This document shows positions 26,381-34,342 of a stretch of 62,042 bases of DNA, piece after piece. Below the pieces are notes generated by a model that had not been told where the DNA came from, searched no databases, and saw nothing but the letters and a program-made list of their open reading frames with translations. Position 1 is the first letter of the stretch, and the number at the start of each line of letters is the position of its first letter. Source of the stretch: Candidatus Omnitrophota bacterium (GTDB lineage: Bacteria > Omnitrophota > Gorgyraeia > Tantalellales > Tantalellaceae); NCBI GenBank assembly GCA_043812935.1, contig JBDRLO010000076.1, positions 1-62,042 on the forward strand, in the 5' to 3' direction. The translations under genes were made by a program, and so were the position numbers.

Positions 26381-27169
26381 ATGAAGATTATCGTGTTTAT
26401 AAAACAGGTTCCGGACACAACAGATGTTAAAATCGATCCTAAAACAAATACTCTTAAACGAGAAGGGGTGGAGTCGGTTATTAATCCATTTGATATGTAC
26501 GCGATAGAAGAGGCGCTGCGCGTAAAAGAAAGAATGGATGGCGTTGAGGTGGTTGTTGTCAGTATGGGGCCGCCGCAAGCCGCGGAAGCTTTGAGGAAAG
26601 CAATTTCAATGGGGTGTGACTCCGGCATTTTGGTAAGTGACAGAAAATTTGCCGGAAGTGATACATGGGCAACAAGTTATACTCTTGCGCAGGCAGTGAA
26701 AAAGATTGGAGACTACAAAATAATTTTTTGCGGTAAACAGGCCTCAGATGGGGATACCGCGCAGGTTGGCCCGGGAATTTCTACACATTTGGATATTCCC
26801 CAGGTAACCTATGTTAAAAAAATAGAGAAATTAAATGAAAACCAGGCAACTGTTGAACGGATGACGGAAGAAGGTTATGACATAGTGGAAACACCTTTAC
26901 CTGCAGTTATAACTGTGGTTAAAGAAATAAATGAACCGCGCCTACCGTCTTTAAAAGGTAAAATGAAAGCAAAAAAAGCTGAAATACCGGTTTGGACGGC
27001 AGAAGACCTTGGTTGTGATGAAAAAAAGATCGGTCTTGATGGGTCGCCTACAAGAGTTGTAAAAATTTTTACACCGCCGCCGCGTGAAGGCGGACGTATT
27101 CTTGAAGGAGAACCTTCGGAAAAAGCTAAAGAATTAGTCGTGCTTATTAAAGAAGTTATAATTGGTTAG
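26381..27169 (+). CDS. etfB: Electron transfer flavoprotein beta subunit
   Basis: KQVPDT, NPFD, FAGSDTWAT, GKQASDGDTAQVG, EINEPRLPS. Confidence 0.95.
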   Translation: MKIIVFIKQVPDTTDVKIDPKTNTLKREGVESVINPFDMYAIEEALRVKERMDGVEVVVVSMGPPQAAEALRKAISMGCDSGILVSDRKFAGSDTWATSYTLAQAVKKIGDYKIIFCGKQASDGDTAQVGPGISTHLDIPQVTYVKKIEKLNENQATVERMTEEGYDIVETPLPAVITVVKEINEPRLPSLKGKMKAKKAEIPVWTAEDLGCDEKKIGLDGSPTRVVKIFTPPPREGGRILEGEPSEKAKELVVLIKEVIIG

Positions 27170-27190
27170 CCGATTTATTGATTTATTAAT

Positions 27191-27248
27191 GTAGGGACAG
27201 AGCTTGTCATGTACCCTGTGTGGTACATGGCCCCCCGTGTCTGTCCGT
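27191..27248 (+). repeat. REP type A with nested hairpin insert
   Basis: gtagggacagagcttgt-[catgtacc-ctgtgt-ggtacatg]-gccccccgtgtctgtccgt. Confidence 0.7.
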
Positions 27249-27304
27249 TATTATTATATATTAATACAGATATTACGTGCAGTTTATAATTATTAGGAGA
27301 GTTT

Positions 27305-28513
27305 ATGTCAGAGAATGACGCGATACAAGTATTGAACGAAAAATGTGTTGGATGTTCGCTTTGTATAAAAGTGTGTCCATTCGGGGCGATTGTTGTTGAA
27401 GATAAAAAGGCAATAATAGACCTTTCAAAATGTACATTATGCGGGGCTTGTAAAGAAGCCTGTAAATTTGACGCTATAATAATTCAAAAGAAAGAAGCTG
27501 ATAAAACTTTGGATTTTTCATTATACAAAGATGTCTGGGTCTTTTGCGAACAAAAAAAGAATCAAGTACAGTCGATTTCTTTTGAACTTTTAGGCAAAGG
27601 AAGAGAGCTTGCAGATAAGTTGGGAGTAAAACTATGTGCGGTTCTTATTGGTGATAAAATGGAGAATGTATGTGCAGAGCTTATTGAAAGAGGCGCTGAC
27701 ATAGTTTATTTGGTTGATTCTCCGACACTTAAATCATACCAGGACGATCCCTACACCAAGATTTTAGTGAAACTCGTTTCAAAATATAAACCTGAGATTG
27801 TTCTTTGCGGAGCGACAACTATTGGTCGCAGTCTTATTTCACGCGTTGCCGTAGCAATCAGAGCGGGGCTTACCGCAGATTGCACCGGGCTTGATATTGA
27901 CCCAAAAGAAAAACTGCTTCTTCAAACCAGGCCTGCTTTTGGTGGAAATATTATGGCGACTATTATTTCTCCGAATACAAGGCCTCAAATGGCTACGGTT
28001 CGTCATAAAGTTATGAAGGAAGCCGAAGTTGTATCAGGGCGAAAAGGAGAAATAATTAGGGAAACGTTTTCTGATGAAGTTTATGCTTCCAGGAGCAAGC
28101 TTATAGATATAGTGGAAGAAATTGAAGAAACTATTAATCTCGCGGAAGCGGATATCATAGTTTCCGGGGGAAGGGGATTGGGCGCTAAAGAAAATTTTGA
28201 TATGATAAGAGAACTTGCTTTAGTGCTTAATGCCGCTGTTGGAGCATCTCGCTCAGCGGTTGACGCAGATTGGATACCATATTCGCATCAAGTCGGTCAA
28301 ACTGGAAAAACGGTTTGTCCAAAAGTTTATATTGCTTGCGGGATAAGCGGTCAGATACAGCATCTTATTGGAATGAAGTCATCCGATGTTATTGTTGCGA
28401 TAAACAAAGATCCGGATGCTCCTATTTTTAGTGTAGCAACTTATGGTATAGTGGACGATCTTTTTAAAGTTGTTCCATTTTTGACAAATGAATTTAAGAA
28501 GGTTCTTGGATGA
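27305..28513 (+). CDS. etfA: Electron transfer flavoprotein alpha subunit with N-terminal 2x[4Fe-4S] ferredoxin
   Basis: CVGCSLCIKVCP and CTLCGACKEAC; GLTADCT, RPAFGGN, QVGQTGK, GISGQIQH. Confidence 0.95.
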   Translation: MSENDAIQVLNEKCVGCSLCIKVCPFGAIVVEDKKAIIDLSKCTLCGACKEACKFDAIIIQKKEADKTLDFSLYKDVWVFCEQKKNQVQSISFELLGKGRELADKLGVKLCAVLIGDKMENVCAELIERGADIVYLVDSPTLKSYQDDPYTKILVKLVSKYKPEIVLCGATTIGRSLISRVAVAIRAGLTADCTGLDIDPKEKLLLQTRPAFGGNIMATIISPNTRPQMATVRHKVMKEAEVVSGRKGEIIRETFSDEVYASRSKLIDIVEEIEETINLAEADIIVSGGRGLGAKENFDMIRELALVLNAAVGASRSAVDADWIPYSHQVGQTGKTVCPKVYIACGISGQIQHLIGMKSSDVIVAINKDPDAPIFSVATYGIVDDLFKVVPFLTNEFKKVLG

Positions 28514-28533
28514 CGTTTTGTGCGGATGGATAT

Positions 28534-28570
28534 AAAAAAAAGACAGTCTTATTCTGGACTGTCTTTTTTT
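28534..28570. terminator. Intrinsic (likely bidirectional) terminator
   Basis: aaaaaaaagacagtc-8nt-gactgtcttttttt. Confidence 0.8.
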
Positions 28571-28581
28571 ATATCAATTTC

Positions 28582-28610
28582 TTGACGAGGTGTAGATAGT
28601 TGTATATACT
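28582..28610 (+). promoter_or_regulatory. Putative sigma70 promoter for merR-like gene/smc
   Basis: TTGACG-17bp-TATACT. Confidence 0.65.
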
Positions 28611-28661
28611 TAACTAAAGTTCTATAAACCTGCATAAAAAGTTAACCTGTCAAGAGGTTAT

Positions 28662-28856
28662 ATGTTAAACCTGGAAATAAATAGAAAATACACAGTACAG
28701 CAAACCGCCAATATGTTGGGTGTTTATCGCGGAACGGTTATTAATTATGAAAAAAAAGGTATATTTCCCATACCGCGTAGAAATCCAATAAACGGTTACC
28801 GGGAATACACTGAGGAAGATATAACCATTTTAAAGTCCATACTTGGAAGAACGTGA
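28662..28856 (+). CDS. Stand-alone MerR-family HTH protein (64 aa)
   Basis: YTVQQTANMLGVYRGTVINYEKKGIFP...NGYREYTEEDI; upstream RBS agagg. Confidence 0.85.
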   Translation: MLNLEINRKYTVQQTANMLGVYRGTVINYEKKGIFPIPRRNPINGYREYTEEDITILKSILGRT

Positions 28857-28863
28857 AGAGTGT

Positions 28864-29037
28864 AGCACGTTTCACGCAACACGTTACACGTTTTGTTAGC
28901 ATTTAACGTAGATGGTGAATAGTAAAACCGGCTAACGGGTCAACTGGTTAACCAATATAAAGTTGCACGTTTTATGTAACACGTTACACGTTTTATTAGC
29001 ATTTAACGTGAAGCTTGAAACTTGCAACGTGTAACGC
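28864..29037. repeat. Composite intergenic repeat region
   Basis: ACACG heptamers; 32-bp direct repeat at 28878-28909 and 28978-29009; reverse octamers at 28926-28953; reverse heptamers at 29005-29037. Confidence 0.75.
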
Positions 29038-29052
29038 AAAAAGGGAGATAAT

Positions 29053-32000
29053 ATGCATTTTAAGAGTCTTGAGATAGTGGGGTTTAAATCGTTTTTGAAT
29101 AAAACAAAATTAAAATTTGAACCAGGTGTTACTGCGGTTGTAGGTCCTAACGGTTGCGGTAAAAGTAATGTTGTTGATGCGATTAAATGGGTTTTGGGTG
29201 AACAATCCGCGAAATCCATGCGTAGTTCCGCGATGCTGGATGTTATTTTTAACGGTACGGAAAATCAGGAACCTGTTAATGTCGCGGAAGTGGCTCTTAC
29301 ATTATCCAATACGGATAGGATGCTTGCCGTTGATTATGATGAAGTTACTATTTCAAGGAGATTGTATCGTTCCGGTGAAAGTGAATATCTTTTAAACAAG
29401 ACTCCTGTGAGGCTTACTGATGTACGTAATTTATTAATGGGAACAGGTATAGGTACCAGTTCTTATTCCATAGTTGAACAGGGCCGGATGGATATGATAC
29501 TTAGTTCTAAACCGGAAGAACGCAGGTATATTTTTGAGGAAGCCAGTGGAATCACTCGCTATAAATCCAAAAAAAGAGAAGCGTTGCTTAAACTGGAGCG
29601 GACACAGGAAAATTTAGTTAGGATTAATGATATTATCCGTGAAGTCGAGAGACAGATTAATTCCATCGAACGTAAAGCCAGAAAAGCGGAAAGATATAAA
29701 GTTCGTTACGAAGAACTAAAAGAGCTGGATGTAAAGTTTGCTTATAAAAAATATAAAGATCTGAGCGATAGTGATATTGTTTTGGCGGAAGAGAATGATG
29801 AATTGAAAAAACAATCGGAAATTCTTGAGGCAGAACTGGAAAAATCTTCAGAACGGCTTGTAGGTGTGAGAAAAGAATATAATGATATTTTTGCGCAATT
29901 ACAAGTGCTTCAGGAAGAGCGCTCCCGAGTTTTATCGGATTTTGATAGAAATAAACATATTATTGAAATTAACAATGAAAGAACCGCTGAGCTTAAGAAA
30001 TACGTTGACCGGTTGAATTGGGAAATAGACGATATTAGCCAGCGAAAGGAAAAATTAGGGAATAGGCTTGAGGTGCTGGAAACAAAATTTTTAGAAATAA
30101 GCGGAAAACGGCAAGAAAAAAGTAATGAATTTAAACTTAGTGATGAAGAAGCGAAAAAATTGACGGATTCAATTGAAACATATAAACATGAACTTAATTT
30201 TAACCGTGAAAAAACTATTGATATGCTTTCGGAAGAAACAAAATCAAAAAACAGGTTAATTAAAATTGACGCGGATATTCAGAATACAGAAATGCGTAAA
30301 CGGCGTTTAAGCCTGGAAAGCGCGAATGTTAAATCAGAAAAAGATAAAGCCGCGGAAGAATTAAAAGATACTTTGTTGAAAAAAGAACGGATAGAAAAAG
30401 AGCTTGAACGGAAAAAGGGGCATTTCGAGACATTTAGTAAAGATTATATTAATAAACAGCAGAAATTAAATGTTTTAATCGATGAAAAAAATGATAAAGA
30501 AAAGCATTTAAATGAAATAAGTTTACGCCGCCGCTTCCTGGAAAAACTGCTTATAGAGCGGGAAGGTATCGGGGAGAGCGTTAAAAATATTATGAAGCAG
30601 GTTGAATCAGGCTCTTCACGTTTTTCAGGAGTACAGGGTATACTTTCGGAGCTTGTTAACCTTGATGAAAAATATGAAGAATCAATGAAATTTGTGTTAG
30701 GTGAAGCGGCACAGGCTTTGGTTGTAGATACATATCAAACGGTGGAGTCAGTGACGGTTTATCTTAAAGAGCACTCGATGGCAAGTGTAAGCTTTATTGT
30801 CCTAGATGAGCTTAAATCTGCTGTCAGGGAGAATACTCCTGAAAATGGCCGAGAATCCGGTGCGTTGAATGATGTGTCCCGCGTTTTGACGGCAAAGGAA
30901 CCTTATTTGGCAGCTTTAAAAATTTTGCTTGAAGATATTTTAGTTTCGGCTGATGCAGAAAAATTTATTTTAAATGAAAAGGGGAAAAGAATCGTTATCG
31001 GCCCGGGAGGAATTGTCAATAAACGCGGACTTAAACGCACAATGAATTATTCTGAAAAGGAGAATATTCCGCTTTTTGGACGAAGAGAAAAAATTGAACA
31101 AATGAAAGAATCTGAGGAAAAAGAGAAAACAGAAATTAAAAATTTAGAACAAAATATTTTACAGATAAATGAATGGCTTAATGTTTCTGCCAGTGAGAAA
31201 GATAAATTGGAAACTGAACTTAGGCAAATACAAATGGATTTTGTTGATATCTGTTCTAAGAAAAACATTATTACGGAAAAAACCGGGGCACTGGAAGAAG
31301 AGTATAACTTGTTATGTTCAGAGACTGAAGAAGAAAACAGGATTATCAACCAGCTTTGTCAGGAAAAAGAAGTTTTAAATACAGATTTGAAAGAAATGAA
31401 AGATAAAAATGTTGAAATGCAGGTACGTATTAATGAAATGCAAAATCGTATTCAGGAAAGTTCCATTAGAAGGGAAGCGCTTCTTTTTAAAACCGCGGAT
31501 ATTAAAGCAGAGCTTTCAGTTTTTAGTAAAGAAGAAGAAAATTTAAAGGAAAACCTGGAGCGGGACAAAGATTCTTATGAACATATGGGTATGGAAATAG
31601 AAGATAAAAAGAAACGCATAACTGAAAACAACGAAAAAATTCAACTATTAAATGAAGAAATAACGGTTTTAACCGCGCAAAACGTTGAAAATACAAATTT
31701 TGCCGAAAAAAAGTTTCAAGAAATTTCAGAAAAAGAAGAATGTAAATTGAATCTGGCGGAAAACATTAATCTGGAAGAAGCTTGCCTTAAAGCAAAAGAA
31801 AAGAAAATGGAGGAATTCCGGAATAAAACGAGAGACTCGGATATCAGAAAAAAAGAACTTGAGTTTAAACGCAATGCTTTAATCGAAAAAACTTTTGACG
31901 CTTATAAACTGGATATTACCGGGTTGAATTTGGATCTGGATGAAAACGTAGATTGGCAGGCTCTTTCAGATAAAATCAGTGAGATTAAAGAGCAGCTTGA

Positions 32001-32643
32001 AAAAATGGGCGAAGTAAGTTTATCCGCGGTGGAAGAGCATCGTCAGCTTGAGGAGCGGTACCAGTTTCTTTTTAAGCAAAAAGAAGATCTTGTTTCAGGG
32101 AGAGAATCTCTTCTTCAGGCAATTTCAAAAATTAACAGAACTACCCGCAAACTTTTTATGGAAACCTTTGAAAGTATAAAAAAAGAATTTTCCAATTATT
32201 TTCGAATGCTTTTCGCGGGCGGTAAAGCTGAACTTGTTTTAGAAGACGAATCAAATGTTTTGGAATGCGGTATTGATATTGTGGTCAGGCCTCCGGGAAA
32301 GAAGCTGCACAATATTATGCAGCTTTCCGGAGGCGAAAAAGCCATGACAGCGATCGCTTTAATATTTGCGATTTTTAAAGTAAATCCAAGCCCTTTTTGT
32401 ATATTGGACGAAATTGACGCGCCGCTGGATGAATCTAATATTGTTCGTTTTTGCAAAGTACTGCAGGATTTTATAAAATTATCACAGTTTGTTATTGTGA
32501 CTCATAACAGAATGACAATACAGCTGGCGGATGTTCTTTACGGCATAACAATGCAGGAAAAAGGTGTTTCTAAAGTTGTTTCCGTTAAATTTGCCGAAGA
32601 AAAAGAGGTTCGAGACGAGGAGACAATCCCTGCCGCGGTATAA
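29053..32643 (+). CDS. smc: Chromosome segregation protein SMC
   Basis: GPNGCGKSN Walker A, long coiled coils, hinge, LSGGEK signature, ILDEID Walker B. Confidence 0.96.
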   Translation: MHFKSLEIVGFKSFLNKTKLKFEPGVTAVVGPNGCGKSNVVDAIKWVLGEQSAKSMRSSAMLDVIFNGTENQEPVNVAEVALTLSNTDRMLAVDYDEVTISRRLYRSGESEYLLNKTPVRLTDVRNLLMGTGIGTSSYSIVEQGRMDMILSSKPEERRYIFEEASGITRYKSKKREALLKLERTQENLVRINDIIREVERQINSIERKARKAERYKVRYEELKELDVKFAYKKYKDLSDSDIVLAEENDELKKQSEILEAELEKSSERLVGVRKEYNDIFAQLQVLQEERSRVLSDFDRNKHIIEINNERTAELKKYVDRLNWEIDDISQRKEKLGNRLEVLETKFLEISGKRQEKSNEFKLSDEEAKKLTDSIETYKHELNFNREKTIDMLSEETKSKNRLIKIDADIQNTEMRKRRLSLESANVKSEKDKAAEELKDTLLKKERIEKELERKKGHFETFSKDYINKQQKLNVLIDEKNDKEKHLNEISLRRRFLEKLLIEREGIGESVKNIMKQVESGSSRFSGVQGILSELVNLDEKYEESMKFVLGEAAQALVVDTYQTVESVTVYLKEHSMASVSFIVLDELKSAVRENTPENGRESGALNDVSRVLTAKEPYLAALKILLEDILVSADAEKFILNEKGKRIVIGPGGIVNKRGLKRTMNYSEKENIPLFGRREKIEQMKESEEKEKTEIKNLEQNILQINEWLNVSASEKDKLETELRQIQMDFVDICSKKNIITEKTGALEEEYNLLCSETEEENRIINQLCQEKEVLNTDLKEMKDKNVEMQVRINEMQNRIQESSIRREALLFKTADIKAELSVFSKEEENLKENLERDKDSYEHMGMEIEDKKKRITENNEKIQLLNEEITVLTAQNVENTNFAEKKFQEISEKEECKLNLAENINLEEACLKAKEKKMEEFRNKTRDSDIRKKELEFKRNALIEKTFDAYKLDITGLNLDLDENVDWQALSDKISEIKEQLEKMGEVSLSAVEEHRQLEERYQFLFKQKEDLVSGRESLLQAISKINRTTRKLFMETFESIKKEFSNYFRMLFAGGKAELVLEDESNVLECGIDIVVRPPGKKLHNIMQLSGGEKAMTAIALIFAIFKVNPSPFCILDEIDAPLDESNIVRFCKVLQDFIKLSQFVIVTHNRMTIQLADVLYGITMQEKGVSKVVSVKFAEEKEVRDEETIPAAV

Positions 32644-32677
32644 TCGTATAGTATAAATAGGGACTATAAATAGGATG

Positions 32678-32740
32678 TATAAATAGGGACAGCTACCATT
32701 TAATTGCTTTGCAATTAAATGGTAGCTGTCCCTATTTATA
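32678..32740. repeat. Perfect 30-bp inverted repeat between convergent genes (terminator/MITE-like)
   Basis: tataaatagggacagctaccatttaattgc-ttt-gcaattaaatggtagctgtccctatttata; preceded by two more TATAAATAGG copies (32652, 32665). Confidence 0.9.
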
Positions 32741-32747
32741 GGATGTG

Positions 32748-33983
32748 TTATTTATCTTGTTCAGGAGTATAAACGCAGACAATGTTTTTACCTGTTTGTT
32801 TTGCGCGGTAGAGCGCTTGGTCGGCTTTGTTTATGAAATCGTTTTTTTCAATACTATCATTTGGAAAAAACGCAAGACCCAAGCTTATTGTCAATTTATA
32901 ATCTTTAGGGATGGTTTTATCTTTTTTAAAGGATTTTTCAGTTTCTTTCCTGAGCCTTTCTGCAGTTCTTCTCGCTCCGCTTTTATTGGATTTTGACATT
33001 ATTATACAGAATTCTTCACCGCCGTATCTGCATACAAAGTCAGTTCCGCGGGAATAACGGTTTAGTATATCCGCTACTTTTTTTATAGCATCGTCTCCCT
33101 GCCTATGTCCGAATTTGTCATTAAATCTTTTAAAATTATCGATATCAATCATTAAAAGAGCGACAGGGTTTTTGGTTTCTCTGGATTTTTTTAATTTTTT
33201 TTCAAGCATGGCGCTGAAATAACGCGTGTTCCAAAGCCCGGTTAACCAGTCTGTCCGGGAAAGATGCACGGTTTTTTCATATAATTGAGAATTTTCAATT
33301 GCAAGAGCCGCATGATTCGCGAACATATTTAATATTCGCATATTATCTTTTGTGATAGCTTTTTTAGAAAAAATATTATCAACAAGTATTACGCCGAATG
33401 TGCGGGTTTTAGTCTTAAGCGGAATAGTCACAAAAAGGTCCATCTTAAGCCATTTTTTTATTCGGTCATTAACCATGGATTTGGCTTCGTGTGTAGTAAT
33501 TTCAAACGGCATGCCTTCGAGTATTGTCAGCGCAAGTATTCCGGTATCTTCACGGAGCGGTATTCTGATGCCTTGTACAATTGAATTCAATTTTGATTCC
33601 GGATCGGTTTTAAACTTTTCATAAGCTTCTAACAAATTGTTTAGTTCTAGTTCTTGGTTATAAACATGCTTCCAGATTTTGTCCGCCTCTTCAGTCGAAT
33701 GGGGGCCGATTGCCATTTTGCCTTCCAGAGTTTGCTTTTTTTCATTTACAACAAAAAACATGGCTCGGTCAAAACCAAGGCCGGCATGTGATGTGAGAGC
33801 TGTAAGAATTGTATAAAGAACCTGATCCAATTTGAGCGATCGCATTATGCAGTTAGTTATTTCGGAAAGCATAATAAGTTCATTCTTAGTTTTAACAAAA
33901 AGTTTTTCAAGTTCACGTTTTGTTAAATCCGGTTTTATGAGTATTTTTTTAGTTTTAGATGTTTTCATAGCAAATTTTTCCAT
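32748..33983 (-). CDS. GAF + GGDEF diguanylate cyclase
   Basis: GAF (LGFDRAMFF...FANHAALAIEN); DWLTGLWN, DIDNFKRFNDKFGH, RGTD I-site plus GGEEF, ADQALYRAK. Confidence 0.93.
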   Translation of the reverse strand: MEKFAMKTSKTKKILIKPDLTKRELEKLFVKTKNELIMLSEITNCIMRSLKLDQVLYTILTALTSHAGLGFDRAMFFVVNEKKQTLEGKMAIGPHSTEEADKIWKHVYNQELELNNLLEAYEKFKTDPESKLNSIVQGIRIPLREDTGILALTILEGMPFEITTHEAKSMVNDRIKKWLKMDLFVTIPLKTKTRTFGVILVDNIFSKKAITKDNMRILNMFANHAALAIENSQLYEKTVHLSRTDWLTGLWNTRYFSAMLEKKLKKSRETKNPVALLMIDIDNFKRFNDKFGHRQGDDAIKKVADILNRYSRGTDFVCRYGGEEFCIIMSKSNKSGARRTAERLRKETEKSFKKDKTIPKDYKLTISLGLAFFPNDSIEKNDFINKADQALYRAKQTGKNIVCVYTPEQDK

Positions 33984-34007
33984 AATATTGATTTATTTGA
34001 TCAGAAG

Positions 34008-34036
34008 AGTTTATAATATTAGCCGGACAAAGTCAA
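34008..34036 (-). promoter_or_regulatory. Putative sigma70 promoter for the diguanylate cyclase
   Basis: Minus strand TTGACT-17bp-TAAACT. Confidence 0.55.
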
Positions 34037-34342
34037 CATAGATTAAGGCCAGACGTGCGGAAGTGATAAAAAAAAGCAAAAACCTTTTTAAAAATACAAC
34101 ATAACACGTTATAAACAAAGAAGATATGAAGCGGAAAAGCTATGTAAACATCAGGATTAAGCTTTCAAAAAGTTTGTTATATAGTTGCCACAATTTTCCG
34201 TGGATGTGATATATTAATACAATGATGTTAAGTAAATAAATACCTTGGTATTTCGCTTTATTTTTTTCTTAGGTTGGAGTATTTTATTGCATATTAGACA
34301 TATAAAACTATTGCGGATTATTAGTTGAAGGCACAGTTAGAT

